Shown here: positions 56,383 through 64,000 of the stretch, in pieces
How the letters are laid out: each line of letters starts with the position of its first letter
Numbering within the stretch: position 1 is the first letter of the stretch
Source: Gemmatimonadota bacterium
GTDB lineage: Bacteria; Gemmatimonadota; Gemmatimonadetes; Gemmatimonadales; GWC2-71-9
DNA: 64,000 nucleotides
Assembly: GCA_039586365.1 (NCBI GenBank)
Contig: JBDHKN010000023.1
Location: forward strand, 9,499-73,498
Direction of reading: 5' to 3'
Notes under the pieces: generated by a model
What the model saw: the letters and a program-made list of their open reading frames with translations, nothing else
What the model was told of the DNA's origin: nothing
Database searches by the model: none
Translations under genes and position numbers: made by a program

Positions 56383-57797
56383 TGGAGACCAAGAGACTGA
56401 CTTTGGCAGTCGCCGCCGTGACAGCCCTGCAGTTGGCAACTGCGGCAGGCGCTGCAACCCAGGCACGCCTGCCGCAGCGTGTCAGTGATGAGACGAGGCC
56501 AGAAGCGACAGACGCGGCCTTCGTTGTGCCAGCACTGCCGGTGCTTGGGCTATTCGCGCAGGATCCGGCCGATTCACTGTACAGGCTTGCGCGGCAAGAA
56601 CTCAACCAGGGCAACTATGAGCGTGCAGCAATGCTGTTTAGTCGCATCCGTACTCAGCATGGGGATTCGCGATACACCGCGGATTCCTATTACTGGGAAG
56701 CGTTTGCCCGCTACCGCACCGGCGCTGCGGACGGATACGCGACCGCCTTGGATCTACTGCAGAGTCAAGAAGACAGATATCCCAACGCGTCGACTCGTGA
56801 CGATGCGCGTTCCCTCTACGTTCGTATTCGCGGCCTCCTTGCCGAGCGGGGCGATTCCCGAGCGGCCCAGGACATCACGCAAAGGGCTCAAGGGCAGGAG
56901 GGATCGTGTCCAGAGGAAGAGGACGACGTTCGGGTGATGGCTTTGAATGCGCTGCTCAACATGGACGCGGACCGGGCGCTGCCAATCCTGCGGCGGGTAC
57001 TCGAGCGTCGTGATGCCTGTTCAGCAGAGCTGCGTCGCAGGGCAGTGTGGCTCATCTCACAGCAACACTCCGATGAGTCGACGTATCTCTTGTTGGAGGT
57101 CGCGAGGGGCGATCCTGACCGCGAGGTGCGGGAGCAGGCAGTGTTTTGGCTTTCTCAGGTGCACAGTGAAGAGGCTGTGATGGCGCTCGATTCGATTCTC
57201 ATGGAATCGGACGATCGGGAGATCCAGGAAAAGGCCATCTTCGCTCTCTCGCAGCACGACAGCGAGAGAGCAGCAGCGAGCCTTCGGCGCTACGTCGAAC
57301 GCCAGGACGTTCCTGAGGAATTGCAGGAGAATGCGATCTTCTGGCTCGGCCAGAGTCATTCGTCGCAAAACGTGCAGTTCCTGCGCGAACTGTACAACAG
57401 AGTCAGTTCCCGGGAATTGAAAGACAAGATCATTTTCTCAGTCTCACAGCAGGACAGTGACGACGCCGGCGAGTGGTTGTTGAACATCGCTCTCGACGAG
57501 AGCGAGACAGTCGAGCTGCGCAAGCAAGCGCTGTTCTGGGCGGGACAGCAGGGCCACCTACCTGGCGATGCTCTGCGCAGTCTGTACAACACGATGGATG
57601 ACCGCGAGATGCGAGAACAGGTGATCTTCGTGCTGTCGCAGCATCACGAGTCTTCCGCGGTGGATGTGCTAATGGACATCGCTCGTACCGAGACCGACGT
57701 GGAGCTGCGCAAGAACGCGATCTTCTGGTTGGGTCAGTCGGACGACCCGCGGGTGGCTGAGTTCCTGCTTGAAATCATAAACCGAGAGATCCCATAG
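56379..57797 (+). CDS. Exported TPR plus HEAT-repeat protein
   Basis: Signal-like N-terminus; DPADSLYRLAR..LN.G.Y TPR; repeated (E)LR..A(I/V)F(W/A)L(G/S)Q units. Confidence 0.85.
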   Translation: MMETKRLTLAVAAVTALQLATAAGAATQARLPQRVSDETRPEATDAAFVVPALPVLGLFAQDPADSLYRLARQELNQGNYERAAMLFSRIRTQHGDSRYTADSYYWEAFARYRTGAADGYATALDLLQSQEDRYPNASTRDDARSLYVRIRGLLAERGDSRAAQDITQRAQGQEGSCPEEEDDVRVMALNALLNMDADRALPILRRVLERRDACSAELRRRAVWLISQQHSDESTYLLLEVARGDPDREVREQAVFWLSQVHSEEAVMALDSILMESDDREIQEKAIFALSQHDSERAAASLRRYVERQDVPEELQENAIFWLGQSHSSQNVQFLRELYNRVSSRELKDKIIFSVSQQDSDDAGEWLLNIALDESETVELRKQALFWAGQQGHLPGDALRSLYNTMDDREMREQVIFVLSQHHESSAVDVLMDIARTETDVELRKNAIFWLGQSDDPRVAEFLLEIINREIP

Positions 57798-57809
57798 GGG
57801 TTGCCGCGA

Positions 57810-58805
57810 ATGAAGCTCATGATACGGCTATTTCCGATCCTCGCGGTCGTTGCAGCGGTTTCCCTGTACGCGACGAACCGAAAAGACACACCGATCCTGG
57901 GTCTCAAGGTGGTCGCGCAGCGTGACGACTGCGGTGACAACGAGCTACGCATGGCCGCACTCGATGCCGTGCTACAGATGGATGCGGATCGAGCGATGCC
58001 CATCCTGCTCAACGTGCTGGAACGCCACGATCAGTGTTCGGAAGAGCTACGTCGCAAGGCGGTGTTTCTCGTGTCGCAACAGAATACTAGCGATGCTGAG
58101 AAGATACTCCTGCGTGCTGTGCGTGAAGATCCAGCCCTGGCAGTCCGCAAACAGGCAGTATTCTGGCTGTCGCAGACAGGTGGGGGAGAGGCCGTCTCTG
58201 TCCTGGAAACGGTGCTCGAGGAGTCCGACGAGGTTGAACTCCAGGAACAGGCGATCTTTGCCTTGTCCCAGCACTCAGGTGCGAGAGCGGAACAGGTTCT
58301 ACGGGATTACGTTGTCCGCAACGATGCTCCCCTTGAGCTGAGAGAAAACGCTGTGTTTTGGTTGGGCAACGAAGGATCGCACGAGAGTAGGGCGTTTCTG
58401 CAGGATCTCTACTCGAGCATCTCGGCTCAGCAGCTCAAGGAGAAGATAATCTTCTCAGTGGCACAGATCTCATCTGCTGAAAGCCGTGACTGGTTGCTTT
58501 CGGTTGTGCAGAACGAGAGCGAGCCGGTCGAACTACGCAAGAACGCACTGTTTTGGACGGGTCAGCAACACGATCTGGAAGCCGCCGATCTCGCGAATGT
58601 GTATGACAGTTCGGTTGATCTAGAACTCAGGCAGCAGGTGCTGTTCGTACTGTCGGAGCTCACTGACGACTGGGCCGTTGATCAACTGATAGCAATCGCG
58701 CGCCGCGAGACTGACGCTGAGCTGCGCAAGAATGCACTGTTCTGGCTGGGTCAATCTGATGATCTCAGGGCCGCCCAGTTTCTGCAGGAGGTCGTAGCAA
58801 AATGA
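57810..58805 (+). CDS. Exported HEAT-repeat protein (paralog of the HEAT part of 56379..57797)
   Basis: MDADRAMPIL..VLER...CS.ELRRKAVFL and the same repeat series; N-terminal hydrophobic segment. Confidence 0.85.
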   Translation: MKLMIRLFPILAVVAAVSLYATNRKDTPILGLKVVAQRDDCGDNELRMAALDAVLQMDADRAMPILLNVLERHDQCSEELRRKAVFLVSQQNTSDAEKILLRAVREDPALAVRKQAVFWLSQTGGGEAVSVLETVLEESDEVELQEQAIFALSQHSGARAEQVLRDYVVRNDAPLELRENAVFWLGNEGSHESRAFLQDLYSSISAQQLKEKIIFSVAQISSAESRDWLLSVVQNESEPVELRKNALFWTGQQHDLEAADLANVYDSSVDLELRQQVLFVLSELTDDWAVDQLIAIARRETDAELRKNALFWLGQSDDLRAAQFLQEVVAK

Positions 58806-59590
58806 CCAGTGAGAATAACGGGATACTCGGACGCTCGTACATCTGGGCGTCAGCCGGTGTGGCTCTGGCAGCCCTATTGACAGCTGGCGACGCTAGAGCT
58901 CAATCCATCGCCGACCGGATCTCCGGCCTGAGGGATGGGCAGGTGCGCATGAGCTATACCGCTCGGCCAGGAGTGTGCGGCAACGGGAGGAACATCTCGA
59001 CTCATCGCAGCACCGATGACTGGGAGTCTTGGTGCGAACCTGGGCCAGTGCGAGTAGCGCTCGACGTGCGCCGCGGAGAGATAGTAGATATCGACACGTA
59101 CGTTGGGGGACGTTGGCGTGAGCGAGACCAGGTTACCGATCTGGGTTTCGTGCCGGCGTCCCAAGCCGCGAGATACCTGCTATCGCTCGCCCAGATGCTG
59201 GATGGAGTCGCGAGTGAAGCTGCGATCTTTCCAGCTACGCTTGCCGACAGCGCTGTAGTCTGGCCCGAACTGCTACAGATTGCCAAGGACGTCTCTCGTC
59301 CTAGAGGCACGCGCAAGAGCGCTGTCTTCTGGCTGTCCCAGGCAGCCGGTGCTGCGGCGAGTGAGGGCCTGGCGGAAATCGTAGATGACGAAGTAGGTGA
59401 TCGTGAGGTGCGAGAGAGCGCCATATTTGCCCTATCGCAACTGGATGATGACGGGGGAGTCCCCATCCTCATCCGCCTCGTGCGCACCCATCCCGATCCG
59501 GACATAAAGAAGAAGGCCATTTTCTGGCTGGGACAGAGCGGAGATGCCAGGGCCATTGCGCTGTTCGAGGAGCTGCTGCTGAAGCCGTAG
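58802..59590 (+). CDS. Exported HEAT-repeat protein
   Basis: Signal ending ARA-QS; RPGVCGNG..C.PGPVRV domain; AVFWLSQ, AIFALSQ, AIFWLGQS repeats. Confidence 0.85.
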   Translation: MTSENNGILGRSYIWASAGVALAALLTAGDARAQSIADRISGLRDGQVRMSYTARPGVCGNGRNISTHRSTDDWESWCEPGPVRVALDVRRGEIVDIDTYVGGRWRERDQVTDLGFVPASQAARYLLSLAQMLDGVASEAAIFPATLADSAVVWPELLQIAKDVSRPRGTRKSAVFWLSQAAGAAASEGLAEIVDDEVGDREVRESAIFALSQLDDDGGVPILIRLVRTHPDPDIKKKAIFWLGQSGDARAIALFEELLLKP

Positions 59591-59712
59591 GCCAAAACAC
59601 CACGATCCCGCCCCGGGAGGCACACTTCCTCCACAACCCCGGGGCCGCCGGTACCACGCATTCCAGCTGCCACACCATGGGGTAGGAAGGCGCCACCGCA
59701 CTCTCTGCACCA

Positions 59713-59745
59713 CGCTCCCGGCTCCCAGCTCGCAGCTCCCCACTC
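59713..59745. repeat. GCTCCC(N) heptamer array
   Basis: cgctcccggctcccagctcgcagctccccactc. Confidence 0.65.
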
Positions 59746-59793
59746 GACCCCAGCCCTACCGCGAGCGGGTAACTTGACGATACTTTGTTGCCC

Positions 59794-61251
59794 ATGACGA
59801 GACACGCTTCGATACCCAGTGCCGTAGCTATGCTAGCGTGCGGCGGCATCGCTTTGTCCGCCGGCTGCGCCCGCAATCCCGCTACTGGTGGACTAGAACT
59901 GATGCTGGTGAGCGAGAGCCAGGAGATTGCGATGGGTCAGCAGACCGACCCAGCGGTCGTAGCCCAGTTCGGTCTGTATGACGATCCGTCCTTGCAGCAG
60001 TACGTGGCGAACTTGGGGGCCCGGTTGGCGGCCAGTTCCGAGCGCCCCAATCTCCCTTGGACGTTTCGAGTCGTGGATGACCCGATCGTTAACGCTTTCG
60101 CGCTCCCTGGTGGGTTTATCTACGTGTCCCGCGGTATCCTGGGCCATTTTAACTCGGAATCGCAACTCGTGTCGGTGCTGGGCCATGAGATCGGGCACGT
60201 GACTGCCCGGCACTCGGCGGCGCAGATGAGCCAACAGCAGCTTGCACAACTCGGGCTCGGCGTCGGAGTGGTTCTGCTCCCGGATTTGGCCGACTACGCC
60301 GGGTTAGCTCAGGCAGGATTGGGCCTTCTGTTCCTGAAATTCGGCCGCGACGACGAGCGGCAGGCGGACGCACTCGGCTTCCGGTACCTCACGCGCATCG
60401 GCTATGACCCTCGGGAGATGCCGGGAGTGTTCAATATGCTGGGCCGCGTAAGCGAAGCTGGTGGGGGCCGCGGCATGCCGGTTTGGCTCTCGACCCACCC
60501 GGACCCGGGCGATCGTGAGCAACGCATCGCGTCACTGATCGCCGGGAGCGGCCAAGATTTTGGGGGTGCGACTGTCAACCAGAACGAGTACCTGCGGCGT
60601 CTGGATAGCATGGTCTACGGCAGCAACCCGCGGGAGGGGTACTTCAGGGATCAACTGTTCCTGCATCCGGACATGCGCTTCCAGATCGCCTTCCCGCCGG
60701 ACTGGATGACCGCGAATCAGAAGAGTGCGGTGTTGGCGCAGAGTCCGAATAAAGACGCCATAATGCAACTCACTCTGGCCGACGCTGGCAGCCCTGCTGC
60801 AGCTGCCCGTGACTTCGTGGCACAGGAGGGAGTCACTGGCGGGCCCGTGCAAGGCGGCAACATCCACGGGTTCCCAGCCGCCGCAGCTGAGTTCACGGCG
60901 CAGTCTGAAACCACGGTGCTCCGTGGATCGGTAACGTTCGTTGAGTACGACGGAAACCTCTATCAGTTGTTGGCCTACTCAACCAGCAACGCCTGGGCGG
61001 GTTACGTAGATGTGATACGGGGGTCAGTGATGAGCTTCGACCGGTTGACGGACCAGGCAGCCCTGTCAGCCCAACCGATGCGTCTCCGCATCATCCCACT
61101 CGATCGGGCCATGACATTGGACGAATTCAACCGACGGTATCCGTCGTCCGTGTCACTCGAGACATTGGCCATCCTCAATCAGGTGGAGGCCAATACAAGG
61201 ATGGCTGCGGGAACTCTGGTGAAGCGGGTGACTGGGAATCCACCTCAGTAG
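59794..61251 (+). CDS. M48-family zinc metalloprotease lipoprotein (BepA/YfgC-like)
   Basis: Lipobox SAGC-ARNPATG, NAFALPGG, HEIGH, ERQAD, STHP. Confidence 0.9.
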   Translation: MTRHASIPSAVAMLACGGIALSAGCARNPATGGLELMLVSESQEIAMGQQTDPAVVAQFGLYDDPSLQQYVANLGARLAASSERPNLPWTFRVVDDPIVNAFALPGGFIYVSRGILGHFNSESQLVSVLGHEIGHVTARHSAAQMSQQQLAQLGLGVGVVLLPDLADYAGLAQAGLGLLFLKFGRDDERQADALGFRYLTRIGYDPREMPGVFNMLGRVSEAGGGRGMPVWLSTHPDPGDREQRIASLIAGSGQDFGGATVNQNEYLRRLDSMVYGSNPREGYFRDQLFLHPDMRFQIAFPPDWMTANQKSAVLAQSPNKDAIMQLTLADAGSPAAAARDFVAQEGVTGGPVQGGNIHGFPAAAAEFTAQSETTVLRGSVTFVEYDGNLYQLLAYSTSNAWAGYVDVIRGSVMSFDRLTDQAALSAQPMRLRIIPLDRAMTLDEFNRRYPSSVSLETLAILNQVEANTRMAAGTLVKRVTGNPPQ

Positions 61252-61263
61252 TCAGTAGCACAC

Positions 61264-61689
61264 ATGGACCACCAGGCGACACCTCAACTCAGTGCGCGAG
61301 CAGCTTCGATAATCCACGTGGCCTTACTAGGGGCCATCTTGTCTACCGTGATCGTCCTGGGCTCAGTTCGGTCGTTAGTCAGCTTCGTATTGCTGGATCG
61401 AGCGGTGCTTCTGATCCGGCTCATCGGTGGAGTGGCGCTGGTGGCTAGCCTAGTGTTTGTCTGGCTTGTCCGCAGGGCTGTCATTCCTCATCAGCAGGGT
61501 CAGGATCGCGACACTTGGTGGGCAGTCAACGGTGGCCGCGTGCTAATGATTTGGGCCCTGGCGGACGTGGTGGCTATGTGTGGCACTGTGTTCTGGTTCT
61601 TGACCGGAGATCCGGTGCTGCTCGCGCTGACGGTGTTCGGGTCATTGCTCTTAATGCTGAACAGACCCGGAAGGTTGATTGACGATTGA
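61264..61689 (+). CDS. Hypothetical membrane protein
   Basis: 141 aa with four hydrophobic segments, 12 nt after the M48 gene. Confidence 0.65.
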   Translation: MDHQATPQLSARAASIIHVALLGAILSTVIVLGSVRSLVSFVLLDRAVLLIRLIGGVALVASLVFVWLVRRAVIPHQQGQDRDTWWAVNGGRVLMIWALADVVAMCGTVFWFLTGDPVLLALTVFGSLLLMLNRPGRLIDD

Positions 61690-61715
61690 CGATTGACGAT
61701 TGACGAACGACGAAG
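61676..61715 (+). repeat. GACGATT heptamer array
   Basis: tgatt-gacgatt-gacgatt-gacgatt-gacgaac-gacgaag; contains the stop codon of the upstream gene. Confidence 0.9.
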
Positions 61716-61749
61716 CTGATCTACCGATCATCAACCGTCAGTAGCATTG

Positions 61750-61960
61750 TGGATCTTGGGTAGGGTAGCCATGCTTGGCCGGTGTTACACTTGGAAGTCC
61801 GCTTCAAGAAGGTAGTTGCGGTCAATCCGGCGGGTCAGTTTAGGCGCAAGGTTGCGCGACACAGGAAGTTCCCCTGCCAAGCCCGGACAGTCTAGCGATC
61901 CAAAGGGCTCCGACGGTGGGGTCAGAGCGCTACTCCAGTTGCTCCGCCTCGCCGGCACGC
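61750..61960 (+). pseudogene. Possible heavily decayed four-helix-bundle (23S rRNA-IVP-like) gene
   Basis: Gapped manual reading gives F-K-K..L-R..Q-[I]-R-R (61803-61832) and Q-[F]-L-A-I-[A]-K-G-S-D-G-G-V-R-A-L-L (61888-61935), in family order. Confidence 0.35.
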
Positions 61961-62061
61961 CGTATTGCAGAGGGCGATCTGCCACCGCTCTCATCTGCCC
62001 GGGTGCTTTTGATGGCTCGTGACAGGCCAAAGCACCAACCGGATTCCGTTACCGTACCCCG

Positions 62062-62149
62062 AATCGTCCTTCGTCAATCGTCAATCGTCAATCGTCAATC
62101 GTTGTTCGTCGTTCGTCAATCGTTGTTCGTCGTTCGTCAATCGTCAATC
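62062..62149 (-). repeat. Inverted GACGATT/GACGAAC heptamer array (about 12 units)
   Basis: aatcgtc/gttcgtc/aatcgtt units on the + strand; contains the stop codon of the HAD gene. Confidence 0.9.
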
Positions 62150-63610
62150 CCCGTCCTCCTCTGCTTCTGCTACCAGCGGTACGTCTTCGGGATCGTGCGG
62201 CAAGCCACCACGTGGTGCCCTCAGGTATACGTATGGTGTGTGGAGCAGGAAGTTGGATACCCGCGACATGTAGATGTCGGCGTAGCGTTCGACCTGGCGA
62301 GCGAGGTGGCTCTTGTCGTTGCCGGCGCGCATGAGCGGGCCCCAGCGGCTGTTGCCGATCTCTCCAGCCGCGGCAGCATATGGAGCGATCTCTTCATCTA
62401 GCTTGATGAGCTTGGCGCGGGTTTGCGCCATACGCCGCTCCAGGTCCTTGAGCGATCGTTTCGAGCGGGGTCCGTACCCAGCGCGTTTCCGCAGCACTGC
62501 GAGCCTGTCTCGGGAGAGGCGGAACTCCAGATCTTCCTTTTGTGTCATGAGCGCAGACAGCCGATTCTGCTGATCGCGAAACGCTGTGATGCCGGTGAGA
62601 TCCGTCTCCAGTTCCCGCAGGACGAGAGCAGTGCGCCAACGTAGCACGTCTTTGGAGACGTGGACATCGGTGAAGACGTGGTCGCCAACGTAGAGGATTT
62701 CGTCACCCGAGAGGCCGAGATAGTCTTCGACCAGTGCAGCATGCCCGCCGAGGTATATGCCGTCTTGCTTCAACCCTAGTGGACACGGCTGTAGCAGTCC
62801 GTCCTCCGTGGCCACTCTGAAAAGAGGGCTACTGGTGGAGAAGAATGCGGGTTTCCGGGCTGACACAATGATCACGTCAAACAGGTCACGCCAGGTCATC
62901 TGGTCAGGCAGGAACTGGTCGAAGGCGTACTGCATCATGGCACGGGTGTAGTCCCACTCGGAGTTTGTGACGAGTAGCAGCTTCTTACCGGCGTGGCGTT
63001 GGTCGAGGAGGGCTAGGGGAGTATCTGGATCCAGTTCTACGAAGCGGTCTGGATCAGCGGCGATCTCGGACTTGAGCCGTCCCTCCATGTGTGCTTCATC
63101 GGTCGAGGCGCGGACCAAGCGATACAGATCGCGGTAACCCATTACGCCAGGTAGCTTCTGGTCGTCGAGCATGTCGACCAGCTGTGCGTACATGGAAGCT
63201 TCAGACAGTGAGAAGAGGGTGTTCAAGAATTCGAAGCGTTCCTCGCTGAGATCCACTAGCGTCCGGGCGTAGGTCTTACGCTGTTCGGCGAACTCGAGCC
63301 GATGAGTTCCGTGAGACACCCGTTTCACGTAGCCGAAGCGGTTTGCCTTGAGTGTGTTTCCTAGTTCCACGTCGACGATGAGACCGCGAATAACCAGGGC
63401 CGGGTCGAACTCTAGCCCCTCAACGGGAAGGCCCGCGGCCAGCAACTTCTCCCTGAGGAACTCGTAGGCCCGTCGCTCCCACTCGTCCACCCGGTAGTGG
63501 ATCAGGGTGTAGTCCATGTCGTAACCGATCGCCCGTATGGCACGCATGTTCAGTGTTCGGTTACAATAGATACCGCGCTCCCGGGGTGTTTGGTCGGAGG
63601 TGTGCCGCAT
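62144..63610 (-). CDS. HAD-IG-family cytosolic 5'-nucleotidase (cN-II-like)
   Basis: IYCNRTL, GYDMDYTL, LVTNS, ARKPAFF, LYVGDH..DV, WRTALV. Confidence 0.9.
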   Translation of the reverse strand: MRHTSDQTPRERGIYCNRTLNMRAIRAIGYDMDYTLIHYRVDEWERRAYEFLREKLLAAGLPVEGLEFDPALVIRGLIVDVELGNTLKANRFGYVKRVSHGTHRLEFAEQRKTYARTLVDLSEERFEFLNTLFSLSEASMYAQLVDMLDDQKLPGVMGYRDLYRLVRASTDEAHMEGRLKSEIAADPDRFVELDPDTPLALLDQRHAGKKLLLVTNSEWDYTRAMMQYAFDQFLPDQMTWRDLFDVIIVSARKPAFFSTSSPLFRVATEDGLLQPCPLGLKQDGIYLGGHAALVEDYLGLSGDEILYVGDHVFTDVHVSKDVLRWRTALVLRELETDLTGITAFRDQQNRLSALMTQKEDLEFRLSRDRLAVLRKRAGYGPRSKRSLKDLERRMAQTRAKLIKLDEEIAPYAAAAGEIGNSRWGPLMRAGNDKSHLARQVERYADIYMSRVSNFLLHTPYVYLRAPRGGLPHDPEDVPLVAEAEEDGD

Positions 63611-64000
63611 TTAGCCCTCGGGTGGCGTGACGAAATGATTGAGTGGGCCATGGCCTCCACCCAAACCCGGTGCGGCAGACATTGCACGATGCACGAAATC
63701 GAGGGCGCCTGTTACTGCTCGCTCGAGCACGCGACCCAGCGCCAGGCCGGCTGTGATGGCTGCCGAGAGTGTGCAGCCGGTGCCGTGGGTCGATGTCGTG
63801 TCGATCCTGGGATGGGTCACTCGTCTTATTGACTGCCGAGTCACCAGCACGTCAACCAGTTCAGCACAATCGAGATGACCGCCCTTGACCAGGGCGGCTT
63901 CTGCTCCCATCTCAACGAGTGTCTTTCCTGCAGCGGCCATACGATCCACCGAGTCCACGGTTTCGCCCACCAGGATGCTCGCTTCATCTAAGTTAGGCGT
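63611..64000 (-). CDS. thiD: Hydroxymethylpyrimidine/phosphomethylpyrimidine kinase (5'-partial)
   Basis: TPNLDEA at the window edge, VKGGH, THGTGCTLSAAI, GGGHGPLNH. Confidence 0.9.
   Translation of the reverse strand, partial: TPNLDEASILVGETVDSVDRMAAAGKTLVEMGAEAALVKGGHLDCAELVDVLVTRQSIRRVTHPRIDTTSTHGTGCTLSAAITAGLALGRVLERAVTGALDFVHRAMSAAPGLGGGHGPLNHFVTPPEG

Noticed and set aside
61952..61970. Sigma-54-like CGGCACGCCGTATTGCA
   Set aside because: GG-to-GC spacing is 11 rather than the required 10, and no gene lies downstream on that strand.

Overview
A 64-kb, GC-rich bacterial chromosomal segment. Gene content (Ser/Thr kinase-TolB-TPR protein, S9/S46 peptidases, ECF sigma with HEAT-repeat proteins) suggests Gemmatimonadota; this is inference only. 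It holds about 55 intact CDSs: exported peptidases, thiamine-salvage genes (tenA, thiD, an MTH1187-family protein), pcm, feoB plus a Cys-rich feoA, an N-terminally extended ppk1, cyoE, a caa3-type cytochrome c oxidase operon, degP, dnaK and a nucleoside-catabolism run (phosphoesterase, 5'-nucleotidase, add, nupC, PNP). I found no rRNA, tRNA, CRISPR array, integrase or intact transposase. Most notable: (1) two microcompartment vertex genes (EutN/CcmL) directly upstream of a DeoC carrying an encapsulation-peptide-like N-terminal helix, near the nucleoside genes; (2) 7-mer and 10-mer tandem repeats that flank apparent decayed four-helix-bundle genes and have invaded coding sequences; (3) a CYTH-like/Nudix-like/PPK1 fusion; (4) a signal-peptide-bearing PIMT coupled to a membrane SAM-binding protein; (5) a decayed PhoB/porin cassette with a surviving Pho box; (6) sigma-54-type promoters at dnaK and at a lipoprotein pair. 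All calls come from motif reading by eye, with no database searches. Start codons were adjusted by hand where an RBS or homology suggested it.
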